Positions 18,815 through 29,171 of a stretch of 64,000 nt of DNA are shown here, piece after piece. Where the stretch lies: contig JAGLOA010000001.1 in the NCBI GenBank assembly GCA_023139205.1, positions 906 through 64,905 on the forward strand. The letters run 5' to 3'. Every line of letters begins with the position of its first letter. The stretch's first letter is position 1. Position numbers and translations under genes: made by a program. Origin of the DNA: Candidatus Pacearchaeota archaeon. Its GTDB lineage: Archaea; Nanobdellota; Nanobdellia; Pacearchaeales; GW2011-AR1. The notes beneath the pieces were generated by a model, which was not told the DNA's origin, searched no databases, and was given only the letters and a program-made list of their open reading frames with translations.

Positions 18815-19096
18815 ATGGAAATTAATTTTTACAACCCAGAAAATAATAAAGTAAAAAATGAAATAGGATGTTATCTCATAATTAAAAAGTATTATGAAGA
18901 AAATCCTTTGATGGTATCTGAGGATTATTCTTTTTTGTCTTTGATTAGAAAAGAAGGGGTTAAAAAACTTGAGAAAAAATGTTCTGAAATTAAACTTCAT
19001 CCAAATTTGGCTTCCTCGGTTTTAGAGGTTGGGGACTTTTTTAAAAAAATTAAAAAATTAAAACAAAATGTTAGTAAAAGAAGAATTAATAAGTAG
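18815..19096 (+). CDS. hypothetical protein (weak)
   Basis: 93-aa ORF overlapping the next gene start; may be spurious. Confidence 0.2.
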   Translation: MEINFYNPENNKVKNEIGCYLIIKKYYEENPLMVSEDYSFLSLIRKEGVKKLEKKCSEIKLHPNLASSVLEVGDFFKKIKKLKQNVSKRRINK

Positions 19097-19841
19097 AATC
19101 AAAGATTATTTTGATTTGAATGTTTATGAAACAAAGGTTTGGTTAGCTTTGCTGGGAAAAGGTATTGCTTCTGCAGGAGAAGTTGCTGAAATTTCAAGAG
19201 TTCCAAGAAGCAGAGCTTATGATGTTTTAGAAAATCTGGAAAAAAAAGGTTTTGCAATTGTGAAATTAGGTAAACCTGTTAAGTATATTGGGATTAAACC
19301 AAATGTGATACTTGAAAAATTAAAAAACAATGTTAAAAAAGATGCAGAAGAAAAATTAAACTCTCTTTTGAAAATAAAAGATACAGAAGAATTTGGGAAA
19401 TTAGAAGAATTATATAAAGGAGGAATAGATCCAATAAGAAGAGAAGATATTTCCGCAGCATTAGAAGGAAAATCAAATATTTCAAATTATTTAAGGGAAA
19501 TTTTGCAAAACGCAAAAAAAGAAGTTATGATTTGTACAAATGCAGAAGAAATAAAATCAAAAACAAAACTTTTCCAGCAAACTTTTGAGATACTTAAAAA
19601 ATCAAACATAAAAATAAAGTTTGCTTTATTTGGGGATGATGAGTTAATCAAACAAATAGAGGAAAAATTTGAAATGAAGATAAAGAAAATAAATATTAAT
19701 GCTAAGTTCTTTATTATAGACAGAAAAGAAATTTTATTTTATTTATCAAAAAACATTGAAAAAGAGAACATCGCAATTTGGATTAATTCAGAATTTTTTG
19801 CAGAAGCTTTTGCAGCATTATTTGAAAAAGCTTTAGCTTAA
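19068..19841 (+). CDS. TrmB-family winged-helix transcriptional regulator
   Basis: N-terminal HTH YETKVWLALLGKGIASAGEVAEISRVPRSRAYDVLENLEKKGF typical of TrmB. Confidence 0.6.
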   Translation: MLVKEELISRIKDYFDLNVYETKVWLALLGKGIASAGEVAEISRVPRSRAYDVLENLEKKGFAIVKLGKPVKYIGIKPNVILEKLKNNVKKDAEEKLNSLLKIKDTEEFGKLEELYKGGIDPIRREDISAALEGKSNISNYLREILQNAKKEVMICTNAEEIKSKTKLFQQTFEILKKSNIKIKFALFGDDELIKQIEEKFEMKIKKININAKFFIIDRKEILFYLSKNIEKENIAIWINSEFFAEAFAALFEKALA

Positions 19842-19866
19842 GAAAAATAAGGGGAGGACTAATCCT

Positions 19867-21681
19867 ATGTCAATAAAAAAAACTTTGGTAGCAGGAATGA
19901 TTTCAGCTTTTTTATTGGGTGGTTCAGTTGGAGCAGAAGAAATAAAATCTCCTGGGAATAAATTTCTTAAAAAATCTTCTTTAGGCAACTTTGCAAAAAC
20001 AGAATATTCAGCAAAGTTGGATTCTGAAAAAACAAAATTTAGTGTTTTCAGGAGAGAACAACAGAAAAAATCAGATTCTTTAAAGTTCTCTTTAGAAAAA
20101 CGAATTTCAGAGCCAAAAATAAAGATAATCTTTAATGATAAAACAGAAAGTAAACAAGATAAAATAGATTATCTTACATCACAAACAGCATTTTTTAGAG
20201 AGGATGAACTTTTGGAGAGAACCTCTAATACCCCAAAACTAAATTCTGCTGAACAAATTGAAGTAGAGAATATGCTGATTGATACTAAAAATAAAAAAAT
20301 TAATTCTTATAAAGAGTTTGCTAAAAAATCAAAAAATCTTTCAGAAAACCAAAAACTTGTTTTATTAAGTGCAATTGGAATGTTGTTAAAAAATTACAAT
20401 GGTGATCTTAATTTAAAAGAAAATAAGATTTTCCCCCAGGATGACTTTTTTTATAAGATGCAAGACTCTTTAGAATCTGGAGATAAAAATGGTCTTGGTG
20501 TGTGTAAGCATCTTTCAACCCATCTAGAGCAATTAGCAAATGATTTTGGAATAAAAGCAGCGACAGTTTCAGGAATTAGTAAAAATGGGAGGGGTCATGC
20601 ATATAATATTTTGAAATTACAAGATGGAACAGCCATAATTGACTATGGAAATATTTTGACAACAAACACAAAAAATATTGAAAAAACTCTTCAAACTTAT
20701 CAAAAAAATAATGGAACATCTGTTTTTCAGCATTTATTTTTTGAAGATTCTAAATTTAAATATGAATTTCTTACAAAAGACGGAAAACATTTTCTTGATC
20801 TTGTAGAATATGATAAATCTTCAGAGCCATTAAAAGTAGAATTACTTTCTGATTTTAAATCAGAATCTGATTTAACAATAGCCCTAAATCATGGAACTTT
20901 TTCAAAGTCAATAGATCTGAATTATTTTGGTTTTTTTGTGAAAATCGGAAAAATAATTGGAGGTTTGTCTTCCCCTCTACATAAAATGTCTTTATTTCAA
21001 GCAGGTTTTAAGAGAAAATTTTCCATACCTAAAATAATAAAGATAGAGCCAGATATAAGTTTAATTTATGGCAATCTTTTGCAAGATAAAGAACTTAAAG
21101 ATAAGAGGGTTTTTGGAATAAATAATAGTTTTAGTATAGCAACAAATAATAAAAAAGGACTTAATCTTAGTTCTAGAGTTAATTGGAATTTATTTTCAAC
21201 TGGAGATTATCCTCTTTTTTATGATATTAAATTTGGAGGCGGAGTATCTTACAAAATTCCAATTAAAAGGGTAGATATAGAACCTTATTTTATTATGCAA
21301 TTTGGCATTTTCCCAAAAGATCTTGGAACTTGTACACATGAACCAAAACTTTCAGAACTTACAATAGGAACTATGTTTAATATTAAGGCATTTAAGGACA
21401 TAAATCTTTCATTTGACTTATATTATTTAAAGAAAATTTGGGAACAAGAATTTGGTGGAAATGCAAAATTTGAAAGCAAAAAATTTGAAATAAATGCAGG
21501 AGCATATGCAACCAAATCCAATTATGAATTCTGTCCAGATAAATATGGCGTGAAAGTAGGTTTAAATTTGATGTTAGAAAATTTAACAATTGGAGCTAAT
21601 TACAAATTAGAAGGAACAAATTATGATGGAGAAATAGAAAATCAATCTTCATTAGAAGTTAGAACAAGTGTTAGATTTTAA
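19867..21681 (+). CDS. secreted transglutaminase-like (Cys-His-Asp) domain protein
   Basis: Signal peptide; GVCKHLSTHL ... GHAYNILKL ... IIDYGN matches the transglutaminase-like cysteine protease core; SD-like GGGGAGGA 8 nt upstream. Confidence 0.5.
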   Translation: MSIKKTLVAGMISAFLLGGSVGAEEIKSPGNKFLKKSSLGNFAKTEYSAKLDSEKTKFSVFRREQQKKSDSLKFSLEKRISEPKIKIIFNDKTESKQDKIDYLTSQTAFFREDELLERTSNTPKLNSAEQIEVENMLIDTKNKKINSYKEFAKKSKNLSENQKLVLLSAIGMLLKNYNGDLNLKENKIFPQDDFFYKMQDSLESGDKNGLGVCKHLSTHLEQLANDFGIKAATVSGISKNGRGHAYNILKLQDGTAIIDYGNILTTNTKNIEKTLQTYQKNNGTSVFQHLFFEDSKFKYEFLTKDGKHFLDLVEYDKSSEPLKVELLSDFKSESDLTIALNHGTFSKSIDLNYFGFFVKIGKIIGGLSSPLHKMSLFQAGFKRKFSIPKIIKIEPDISLIYGNLLQDKELKDKRVFGINNSFSIATNNKKGLNLSSRVNWNLFSTGDYPLFYDIKFGGGVSYKIPIKRVDIEPYFIMQFGIFPKDLGTCTHEPKLSELTIGTMFNIKAFKDINLSFDLYYLKKIWEQEFGGNAKFESKKFEINAGAYATKSNYEFCPDKYGVKVGLNLMLENLTIGANYKLEGTNYDGEIENQSSLEVRTSVRF

Positions 21682-22998
21682 TTAATTTCTAATAATTCTT
21701 AACTCTGTGATATTCATCTCTTTTACTTTTCTCTTATTTTTGGAATCCCAGTCAACAATAAATTTCTCTATGGTAAAATTAATCTTTTCTTTAGCATAAA
21801 TTCTTTTCTTTTTTTCAAAAGTGTTTTTATGTTTTTTCTTAAACATCATAATATTTTTTTTATCATTTAAATTTGGTCCTTCAAGAATAATTTCTTTTTT
21901 ATTTTTCACTACAAAAAAATATCTTGCTGATTTTTTTCTATTGTAATTAAATCCTTTTTTCTTTATATCAAAAAATCTTTCTATTTCCTTTGCTAAATGT
22001 TTGTGAAATTTCAATAATTTGCTTCCTGCAATATCTCCTTCTTGCTTCTGTGTCTTTGCTTCTAGTAAAATAAATTCATATTTTCTTTGCCCCTTCATTC
22101 CGCAATTTGGGGTACACTGAGCAGTGCACATTCTTTTTATTTTTTCTAAATCTGTTTTTTCTATTTCAAAAGATTTTATAGAAGGATTTTTCAAGAATTT
22201 CTTACATTGTTTTTGGAATCTTTCAAATGTTTCTTTTGAAAGTGCAGCCAAAGCATTTCTTTGCTTGTATGTTGGGTCAATTAAAATAATCGGAGAATTT
22301 AATTTAGAGCTGTTTAAATCCATTAAAACTCTTTGTTTATTTTTATGGTGTTTTTCAATATCTATAACTGCCTTTTCTTTTATTTTTACCATTTCTTTAA
22401 CAAATTTCAGAAAACTTTTGTAATGGCAAATTAACAATTCCAAAGAATATCCTGAAAAACCATTTATATAAGATTCAGCGCCATAGCATCTGTGAGCATG
22501 GCAAAATAATTTTGCAATTCTAATTTCATTTAAAAGTTCTTTTGATTTTATTTTTTTATTTATGTATTTAACATGAGAATAAGACAAATCAGTGATATTT
22601 TCAAATTCTTTTATGTTTTTTATTTTTATTACAGGGATTATTTCTAAATCTAATTTTGGGGTTACTTTTATTTTAAAATAATCTCTTGATCCATGAATTA
22701 CAGAAATATTGCTAAATCCTTTTAAGATCTTCCAGGCTAATTTAGAGATTCCTTGATTTTTGTATTGTTTATCAAATCTCATAAAAATATCAATATCATA
22801 TTCATCTTTTTGAATCATTGTTTTTTTAGCAAAACTTCCTCCAACAAAAACCTCCACATTTATTTTTAATTTTTTAATTTTTTTATTGAGTTTTTCTAAA
22901 AATTCTTTAAGTGACTTCTCAATAATTTCCCAGTCTTTTTTTGGAGGTTCTATTTTTTCCAAAACTTCTGTCAGAATAGAATTTATTTTCTTTGTCAT
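21682..22998 (-). CDS. cca: archaeal class-I CCA-adding tRNA nucleotidyltransferase
   Basis: VEVFVGGSFAKKTMIQKDEYDIDIF (GS...DxD polymerase-beta motif of archaeal CCA enzymes), 438 aa. Confidence 0.75.
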   Translation of the reverse strand: MTKKINSILTEVLEKIEPPKKDWEIIEKSLKEFLEKLNKKIKKLKINVEVFVGGSFAKKTMIQKDEYDIDIFMRFDKQYKNQGISKLAWKILKGFSNISVIHGSRDYFKIKVTPKLDLEIIPVIKIKNIKEFENITDLSYSHVKYINKKIKSKELLNEIRIAKLFCHAHRCYGAESYINGFSGYSLELLICHYKSFLKFVKEMVKIKEKAVIDIEKHHKNKQRVLMDLNSSKLNSPIILIDPTYKQRNALAALSKETFERFQKQCKKFLKNPSIKSFEIEKTDLEKIKRMCTAQCTPNCGMKGQRKYEFILLEAKTQKQEGDIAGSKLLKFHKHLAKEIERFFDIKKKGFNYNRKKSARYFFVVKNKKEIILEGPNLNDKKNIMMFKKKHKNTFEKKKRIYAKEKINFTIEKFIVDWDSKNKRKVKEMNITELRIIRN

Positions 22999-23165
22999 AT
23001 TATAATATTTGAAGAAGACTTTATATAAGTATTTCTAACTCCTTAGGACACATTAAAGAAATTTGGAAAAACTCTCTTCGTAAACTCCTCGCCCTTCGGG
23101 ATTTTAATAAAGATTTAACAGTTCGCTTATTCTTCGCTCACCCAAATTTCCTACAGCAACTTCTC

Positions 23166-23834
23166 TTAATTGTGATGTTCTGCACAATAATCTTTTGGGC
23201 TATCAATATGTTTTGCAATATCCCTTAAGTTTTCAATAATAATTTTAGAACCAGCATTTTTCAATTCATCATATGTATGTAAACCAGATACTACAGCTAC
23301 AGAAATAACTCCTGCTTCTTTTGCAGCAATTACATCCCCTTCACTATCTCCAACATACATAACTTTATTTTTATTAAAATCATATTTCTCAACAATTAAT
23401 TGAATTATTTCTGACTTAGAATGATAATTTTTAAAATCTTCATTTCCAAAAATATCTCCAAATTTTAATTTATCATTGCCATTTTTATTTAAAACTTCAT
23501 TAATTACTTCTTTAGAATTATTTGATACAATGCCAAAATAAATGCCTTTTTCTTTTATTTCAATTAATTCATCCAAATCATTAATATTGCATTCTTTATA
23601 ATAATGGTGCATTGAATTTTTATTCCATTCACTTATTTCTTCCCAGGAATATTTATTTTGATTCATTTCTGCAACATTTTTCATCAATGGAATGTGTGGG
23701 GTTCCCCATATCTCTTTTTCAGTCATACCAATAAATAAGCCATGTTTATTTCTCAAATCTTCAATAGCTTTATTTCCAACATCTAAAAAATTAACTAGAG
23801 TCATATCAAAATCAAAAATAATTGCTTCAATCAT
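23166..23834 (-). CDS. HAD-superfamily phosphatase
   Basis: DxDxT motif IIFDFDMTL, later GDSEGD. Confidence 0.65.
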   Translation of the reverse strand: MIEAIIFDFDMTLVNFLDVGNKAIEDLRNKHGLFIGMTEKEIWGTPHIPLMKNVAEMNQNKYSWEEISEWNKNSMHHYYKECNINDLDELIEIKEKGIYFGIVSNNSKEVINEVLNKNGNDKLKFGDIFGNEDFKNYHSKSEIIQLIVEKYDFNKNKVMYVGDSEGDVIAAKEAGVISVAVVSGLHTYDELKNAGSKIIIENLRDIAKHIDSPKDYCAEHHN

Positions 23835-23969
23835 CTATAAAGAGCTTGCAAAGGATTATATAAAGTTTAGCCCAAAAGACGACTTTGCTAACATGATCCA
23901 ATCTTCATCCAGGAAACTCCCCAAATTACTAATTTATCCGCAATCCAAAACCTTAAAGAAACAGGAATT

Positions 23970-24365
23970 TTATTCTTTATCAGGATTTTTAATCTCTTTC
24001 AAATCCTTTGTATGTTGATTTAATGTTGAAGCTAAATCAATTATATATTTTCCCTCTTCAAGTTTATAAATTAAAGGCCTATTTTTATTAAAAAGATTTA
24101 CAATATCAATCTCAAATTTCCCTGAACCAGTAACTCTCACAGATTCTAAATCTAAAATAACAGGAGTATCTTCTTCTGTTATCCCTGCAATTTCCCTTAT
24201 ATCTTTTTCAATTGATACTTTTTCTTCTTCAGGAATTTCAATTGGATTTTCTTTTATTTTCTCTAATTGTTCTTCCCTTATATAAAAGAAAAAATGCCCT
24301 TTACAATTTTCACATCCTTCAATTAATTCCTTGCTACCAAGAGGAATTATCCTTGAGCACTTCAC
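23970..24365 (-). CDS. hypothetical zinc-ribbon protein
   Basis: CSRIIPLG...CENCKGHFFF suggests a Cys4 ribbon; 131 aa. Confidence 0.35.
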   Translation of the reverse strand: MKCSRIIPLGSKELIEGCENCKGHFFFYIREEQLEKIKENPIEIPEEEKVSIEKDIREIAGITEEDTPVILDLESVRVTGSGKFEIDIVNLFNKNRPLIYKLEEGKYIIDLASTLNQHTKDLKEIKNPDKE

Positions 24366-24368
24366 GCA

Positions 24369-25075
24369 CTGATGAGGGATTTTATGTTACCTCCAATTTT
24401 ACTTTCAACCATGTTCTTTTCAAGATAAGAGCCTTTTAATATTTTTCCTCCTTTACTTCTGTTTTCCTCCATACTTAACCATTGTAAATTGTCAGGGCTA
24501 AATGCTTTTTGAATCTCTTCAATTTTGTTCAAATCAAAAGATCTAAGGGTTTTATGTAATCAATTTCAAATTCTTTTATATTCTCTGGGAATGGTTTAAG
24601 ACCTTCAATCACTTTCTCCCAAGGGATGCCATATTTTTTAGAGCTCATTATTTTTCCAGTTTTAGAATATTTTGTCAGTGCATGATTCAAAGAGCGTCTA
24701 AGTCTATCGGCAATTGCATATTCTTTATTTATTTTTCTTTTTACTTTTTCTCTTTGGCGTATTATTGATTTAACCTGTGATCTCTGAAAATATTTTTTCC
24801 AATATTTTTTCCTCCTCTTTTTGTACCTAGTGGTTGCGAGAATCCTTCTTTTAGCTTTAATTTCTGGTTTTTGATTATATCTTCTTCTCCAATTCTTTAA
24901 TCTTTTTTTATTTTCAGGATTTTCTAGATATTTTTTTTGGTAAGTTTTCCTTTTTTTCTAGTTTTTCAGGAATAGTTCTATAATATTTTTCTCTACAATT
25001 TCGATTGCAAAACATTCTCCCATATTTAGAATTTATCCTGTTTTTACAACATTTACATTTTTTTAGAACCATTTT
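24369..25075 (-). pseudogene. degraded HNH-endonuclease-like gene (multiple frame disruptions)
   Basis: Minus-strand translation gives MVLKKCKCCKNRINSKYGRMFCNRNCREKYY (Zn ribbon), a K/R-rich linker, and ...EIDYIKPL / ...DNLQWLSMEENRSKGG resembling the HNH H-N-H core with the His replaced. No frame stays open for 60 aa over about 700 bp. Confidence 0.45.
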
Positions 25076-25134
25076 ATAGAATAATTCTCTTAAAATATAA
25101 ATAATTTTTTATTCACTTTCAAATAATTCTTATT

Positions 25135-25548
25135 CTATTTGTTTAAAAGAAGTTCTATTTTCTTAGGATTACGTTTAATTTCTTTAACAATTGTCGCAGG
25201 ACCAATTATTGTTATTGCCCCCAAATCTCCTCCAGCAAGAATATTAGCAATCCCTTTTTTCATTTTATCAAAGATGCTTTCATTCTCATCACCAGAAATA
25301 ACTGCTAATTCTATTCCTTTAAAATCTTTTAAATGTTCAATCATAACCATTGTGTCCCCAATTAATCGAGTTTCTTCTTCTGGTTTTAATTTTCCCTGTA
25401 AAATAAGTATATTGTTGCCTAATACAATTCTTAATATTTTTTTCAATCTCTCGTCGCTGTCTAAATGTCTAATCTCTGCATAAGGAATAAATTGTATAGA
25501 GAATCCTTTTATTTGTCCTAAGTCCTTTTTTTTCACACCCTTCTTCAT
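25135..25548 (-). CDS. hypothetical protein, possibly Roadblock/LC7 (MglB-like) partner of the adjacent GTPase
   Basis: 137 aa, directly downstream of the P-loop GTPase on the same strand. Confidence 0.3.
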   Translation of the reverse strand: MKKGVKKKDLGQIKGFSIQFIPYAEIRHLDSDERLKKILRIVLGNNILILQGKLKPEEETRLIGDTMVMIEHLKDFKGIELAVISGDENESIFDKMKKGIANILAGGDLGAITIIGPATIVKEIKRNPKKIELLLNK

Positions 25549-25583
25549 TTTTTTAATAAGTTTTTTTGCTTTTTAATATTTAC

Positions 25584-26225
25584 TTAAATCTTTTTTGACA
25601 GCTTAAAAATTGATTCATAAAATTCTTCTAAATTTTTCCCATATTTAGCACTTATTCCCACAACCTCATATTCTGGGAATGCAGCTTCGATTTTTTTGAT
25701 ATCTGCTTTTCTTAAATCAATTTTATTCGCAACAATTAAAACTGGAATTTTTCTTGCAACTAAATTTCCTATGATTGTGATATTAACTTGGTTGTAAGGA
25801 TTCTCTGTAGCGTCTAAAACAATAACTACAATATCCATATCATCCAACCATTTTATACTTTCAATAACCCCTTGTGTAGCTTCTTTTGCTCTTTCTTTGG
25901 CAACTTTCTTTTTTAATTTGTATTTTAAAAATTCCTCATAATCAATTTTTGTTGCAATCCCCGGAGTATCTATCATTTTGAAAACCATTTTTTTCCCTTT
26001 GTAATCTATTTCTACTTTTTCTTTAAATTGAACACTTCTTGTTTCATGGGGAACTTTACTGACACTTCCAATTTCTTCACCAGTAAAATCCTTGCAGATT
26101 CTATTAGCCAAGCTGGTTTTTCCTGCATTTGGAGGACCATAAAAACCAAGTTTTATATCTTTTTTATTTCTGAAAATACTGGAAAAAACCCTCTTAAAAA
26201 AATTTTTAATAATTTTTATAGCCAT
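25584..26225 (-). CDS. small P-loop GTPase
   Basis: G1 GPPNAGKTS, G3 DTPG, G4 ANKID. Confidence 0.65.
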   Translation of the reverse strand: MAIKIIKNFFKRVFSSIFRNKKDIKLGFYGPPNAGKTSLANRICKDFTGEEIGSVSKVPHETRSVQFKEKVEIDYKGKKMVFKMIDTPGIATKIDYEEFLKYKLKKKVAKERAKEATQGVIESIKWLDDMDIVVIVLDATENPYNQVNITIIGNLVARKIPVLIVANKIDLRKADIKKIEAAFPEYEVVGISAKYGKNLEEFYESIFKLSKKI

Positions 26226-26277
26226 AGTATAAATTTATTTTATTACTTTATAAATATTTCAGTGATAATTAAGATAT

Positions 26278-28974
26278 TTAGTAAAATCTTTTTTTAGGGA
26301 TGAATTTTTGTCCTGGTTTTTTAGAATGAAAATTTTTATTTTCTTTTTTATTGAATTTATTTAAAATCTTTCCAACAGGAAGTTCAACCATGCCAGTTCT
26401 TTTTCCCGAATATTTTTTCATAACATATGTTACTTGTTCAGAGGTCCAGCCAGTTTTCTTTAGTTGAGATACAATTTTTTTTTCATCAGCCCCCCCTTTT
26501 TTAGCTGTTTGAATATATGAAATTAAGTTATACAAATCATTTCTATTCTTGAACAAATAAGCTTCATATTTTTTCTTATACCATTCTTGCAAAATAATAT
26601 ACAAAACAAATCCGATAATTGCTAAAAGAGCAATTATCAAAACAAAAAGTGTGGCTTTTGATATCTTTTGTTTTTCTCCAGAAGTTTCTTCTACAATTGC
26701 TAGTTTGCTTATTGCAGGAGAAATAAACATAGGCAGGTTAGTGAAATCAATATTCTCTGTTGTAGAAAAAGTAATAGAAGTTTTCTCATCTTTTAAATAA
26801 ACATAATGGTATCCTTCAATATCTCTCTCTGAATAATCTTTCTTAAAATTTAAATTCTCTATTTTCTTCAAAATTAAATATGAATTTTGTGATTGGTTTT
26901 TCTTTTCTGCAGTTATTTGAAAGACTCTTAAAACAGGTTCAGTTAAATCTTCATATTTTGCAGAAATCTCTTCAAAAGTTATTTTTGTATCCATATTCTT
27001 TTGATTCCATGCAAAAACAGCGTCAATATACTCGCTTTCTTTATCATCTTTGTAGTCTCCTCCGCCAATATCTTTTAAAACAGAGATGTCCACATCTTCT
27101 TCCCCAGGATAAAATAAAAGCGAGTTTGTACTCGAACTTACTGAAACAGATTCAGGAATTTTTAATGCTAAAACTCTTGTTAAAATTGAATTATATCCTT
27201 CTTCATTAGCAGTTGCATAATCTTTTTTAATATTTGTAAAATCTTTTTCTGAAGAATCAATATTTAAAACAGAATTTAGCTCATCTCCATAAAATAAATC
27301 AAATGCATTAATTTGTGCTTTTACATTTTCTAAATCTGTCTGCATTTTACTCAAAAAAGATTCTATTAATTCTTTGGGTGATTTGACTGTTATTATAAAT
27401 GTTTGAGAAGTTTCTTTTCCTAAAGAATCTGTAATTGTTATTACTAAATTATATGTTCCTATAACATTATAGGTGTGGGTAACTTCATTTATTGTGGTTG
27501 TTTTAGTCTTATTGTCCCCAAAATCCCAAACATATTTTGTTATCCCAGTATTATTTGCATCATCTACTTTAAAGATAGTGGGATATGCAGATGCAGTAGA
27601 AGTAGGGGTAATCCCATTAATTATAGCTATTTTCTTAACAGAAATCTCTTCTGAAAAAACATACTCTTTATTTAATTCTAAAGTATAATTGTAATCCTTC
27701 AAAGTTTTTGAAACAGAAAAGTTTCCTTTATCTAAATAAAGTTTTTGAAAATCAGCATTAATTGTTGCAGAGGTTTCAGACAAATCAGAAAAATTATACT
27801 TTGTTGTAGATCCAGCGTCTAAACGATATTCTATTTCTAAATCTTCTAAAATTACTTCTTGTCCTATTGCTGTTTTTGAAGTGAATCTTACTGGAATTAC
27901 ACAACCATTTGAACAATCTCCACTACCATAAATTCCTGTTAAATAACTCCACAAATCAATTGGCTTTCCATCACTTATTTTTATTTTTAATGGGTTAGCA
28001 TTCATTGTTCTGAATGCTTTACCTTCAACAAAAATCTGATATGCTCCAGGAGTTCCTTGTGTTGGGGGGGGATTGCTATTAAACCCACAAGTTTCCGAGG
28101 AACTAGAATGCCCTTTTAATTCATAGTCCCCAGTCCCATCTTCATAATAAATACAAACATAATATTCTTTTCGCTTTAAAACTTGGTAATCAATTTCACA
28201 ATAAACTTCATCTCCTCCAAGGGTAATTTCTTCATAGTTTAATTCACAGTTTCCACCTAAAATAGAATCTCCGTTTAAATTATGAAGTTCCATTGTAAGA
28301 TTTTCTCCTCCTGCTTGTCCTCCTGGTTTTTGTCTTACCCAGGCACCAATTTTAAATCCAGGTGATTGACTTAAAGTTATTTTTTGACAAAAAGGAATGT
28401 CAGAGATATCATAATATGTTGGAGATGTTAGTTCTTCAAAACATCCATGAGTTTTTAAGTCAAAACAAACAGGATTATCTGCTGAAAGATTATTTCCAAA
28501 ATCAATCTCCCCATTATCAAAAAAATCAATCTCTAATTGACTTCTACAATCTGAACTAGCGTTACTATTAATTGTGAATTCCAAAGAACTTATCCCTTGC
28601 AAATTTCCAACAAAATTAAATCCAACAACCTTGGAATCTCCGTTGCCTAAACTAAATACTTTTGTTAGCTGAGAATTAATTGCACTATAACCTGTATCGC
28701 AACCAAGAGGATTACATTCATAATTGTAATCTGTTCTTGTTTTTAATAAGTCAATTAAACTAATAGAGTTATCAAAAGAATCTTCAAAAGTTAAATTTAA
28801 AGGAGCGTCTATTAAACTTATATTTATCCACCCTGAAATATAATCTGAAGCTCCATAAGAAGTTTCAATTGTGTGAGATAAATTTCCTATTTCAAATTTA
28901 TTAGAACTTGCAGAAATAATCCATGCACTTAATATTAGTGCAAAAATTAATGCAAATACAAATCCTCTTTTCAT
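26278..28974 (-). CDS. large surface protein with PKD-like domain and C-terminal membrane anchor
   Basis: Signal peptide, KYVWDFGDN...ITDSLGKE (PKD-type), TM helix near C-terminus followed by a K-rich tail; 898 aa. Confidence 0.5.
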   Translation of the reverse strand: MKRGFVFALIFALILSAWIISASSNKFEIGNLSHTIETSYGASDYISGWINISLIDAPLNLTFEDSFDNSISLIDLLKTRTDYNYECNPLGCDTGYSAINSQLTKVFSLGNGDSKVVGFNFVGNLQGISSLEFTINSNASSDCRSQLEIDFFDNGEIDFGNNLSADNPVCFDLKTHGCFEELTSPTYYDISDIPFCQKITLSQSPGFKIGAWVRQKPGGQAGGENLTMELHNLNGDSILGGNCELNYEEITLGGDEVYCEIDYQVLKRKEYYVCIYYEDGTGDYELKGHSSSSETCGFNSNPPPTQGTPGAYQIFVEGKAFRTMNANPLKIKISDGKPIDLWSYLTGIYGSGDCSNGCVIPVRFTSKTAIGQEVILEDLEIEYRLDAGSTTKYNFSDLSETSATINADFQKLYLDKGNFSVSKTLKDYNYTLELNKEYVFSEEISVKKIAIINGITPTSTASAYPTIFKVDDANNTGITKYVWDFGDNKTKTTTINEVTHTYNVIGTYNLVITITDSLGKETSQTFIITVKSPKELIESFLSKMQTDLENVKAQINAFDLFYGDELNSVLNIDSSEKDFTNIKKDYATANEEGYNSILTRVLALKIPESVSVSSSTNSLLFYPGEEDVDISVLKDIGGGDYKDDKESEYIDAVFAWNQKNMDTKITFEEISAKYEDLTEPVLRVFQITAEKKNQSQNSYLILKKIENLNFKKDYSERDIEGYHYVYLKDEKTSITFSTTENIDFTNLPMFISPAISKLAIVEETSGEKQKISKATLFVLIIALLAIIGFVLYIILQEWYKKKYEAYLFKNRNDLYNLISYIQTAKKGGADEKKIVSQLKKTGWTSEQVTYVMKKYSGKRTGMVELPVGKILNKFNKKENKNFHSKKPGQKFIPKKRFY

Positions 28975-28993
28975 ATTTTATAGAGAAAAAGAG

Positions 28994-29067
28994 AACTTAT
29001 AAATATTTTCTATTTCTTCTTTTTCTTCCCCAATAATTTCTTAAATTTCCCTTTCTTTTTTTAAAAT
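28994..29067 (+). repeat. direct repeat R1 (orphan copy of the 3' end of gene 32329..33750)
   Basis: 63/64 nt near-identical to 32324-32385; its first 28 nt are also identical to 29847-29874. Confidence 0.7.
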
Positions 29068-29171
29068 TAATAGAATATAAAATTGAGTATGATAAAATTT
29101 AAATAGATTGAACAATTCTTCTTTATGAAAAGATCTTCCAGCATTTAGTTCATCTTATTGGAAGAAAAAAG

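Noticed and set aside
18746-19000. 84-aa minus-strand ORF between the presenilin-like gene and the TrmB regulator
   Set aside because: Low-complexity F/I/K-rich translation, overlaps the plus-strand ORF 18815..19096 and the intergenic promoter region; no start context or motif.
24212-24439. 75-aa plus-strand ORF over the 3' end of 23970..24365 and the start of the pseudogene region
   Set aside because: Overlaps a better-supported minus-strand ORF and the decayed HNH-like region; no motif.
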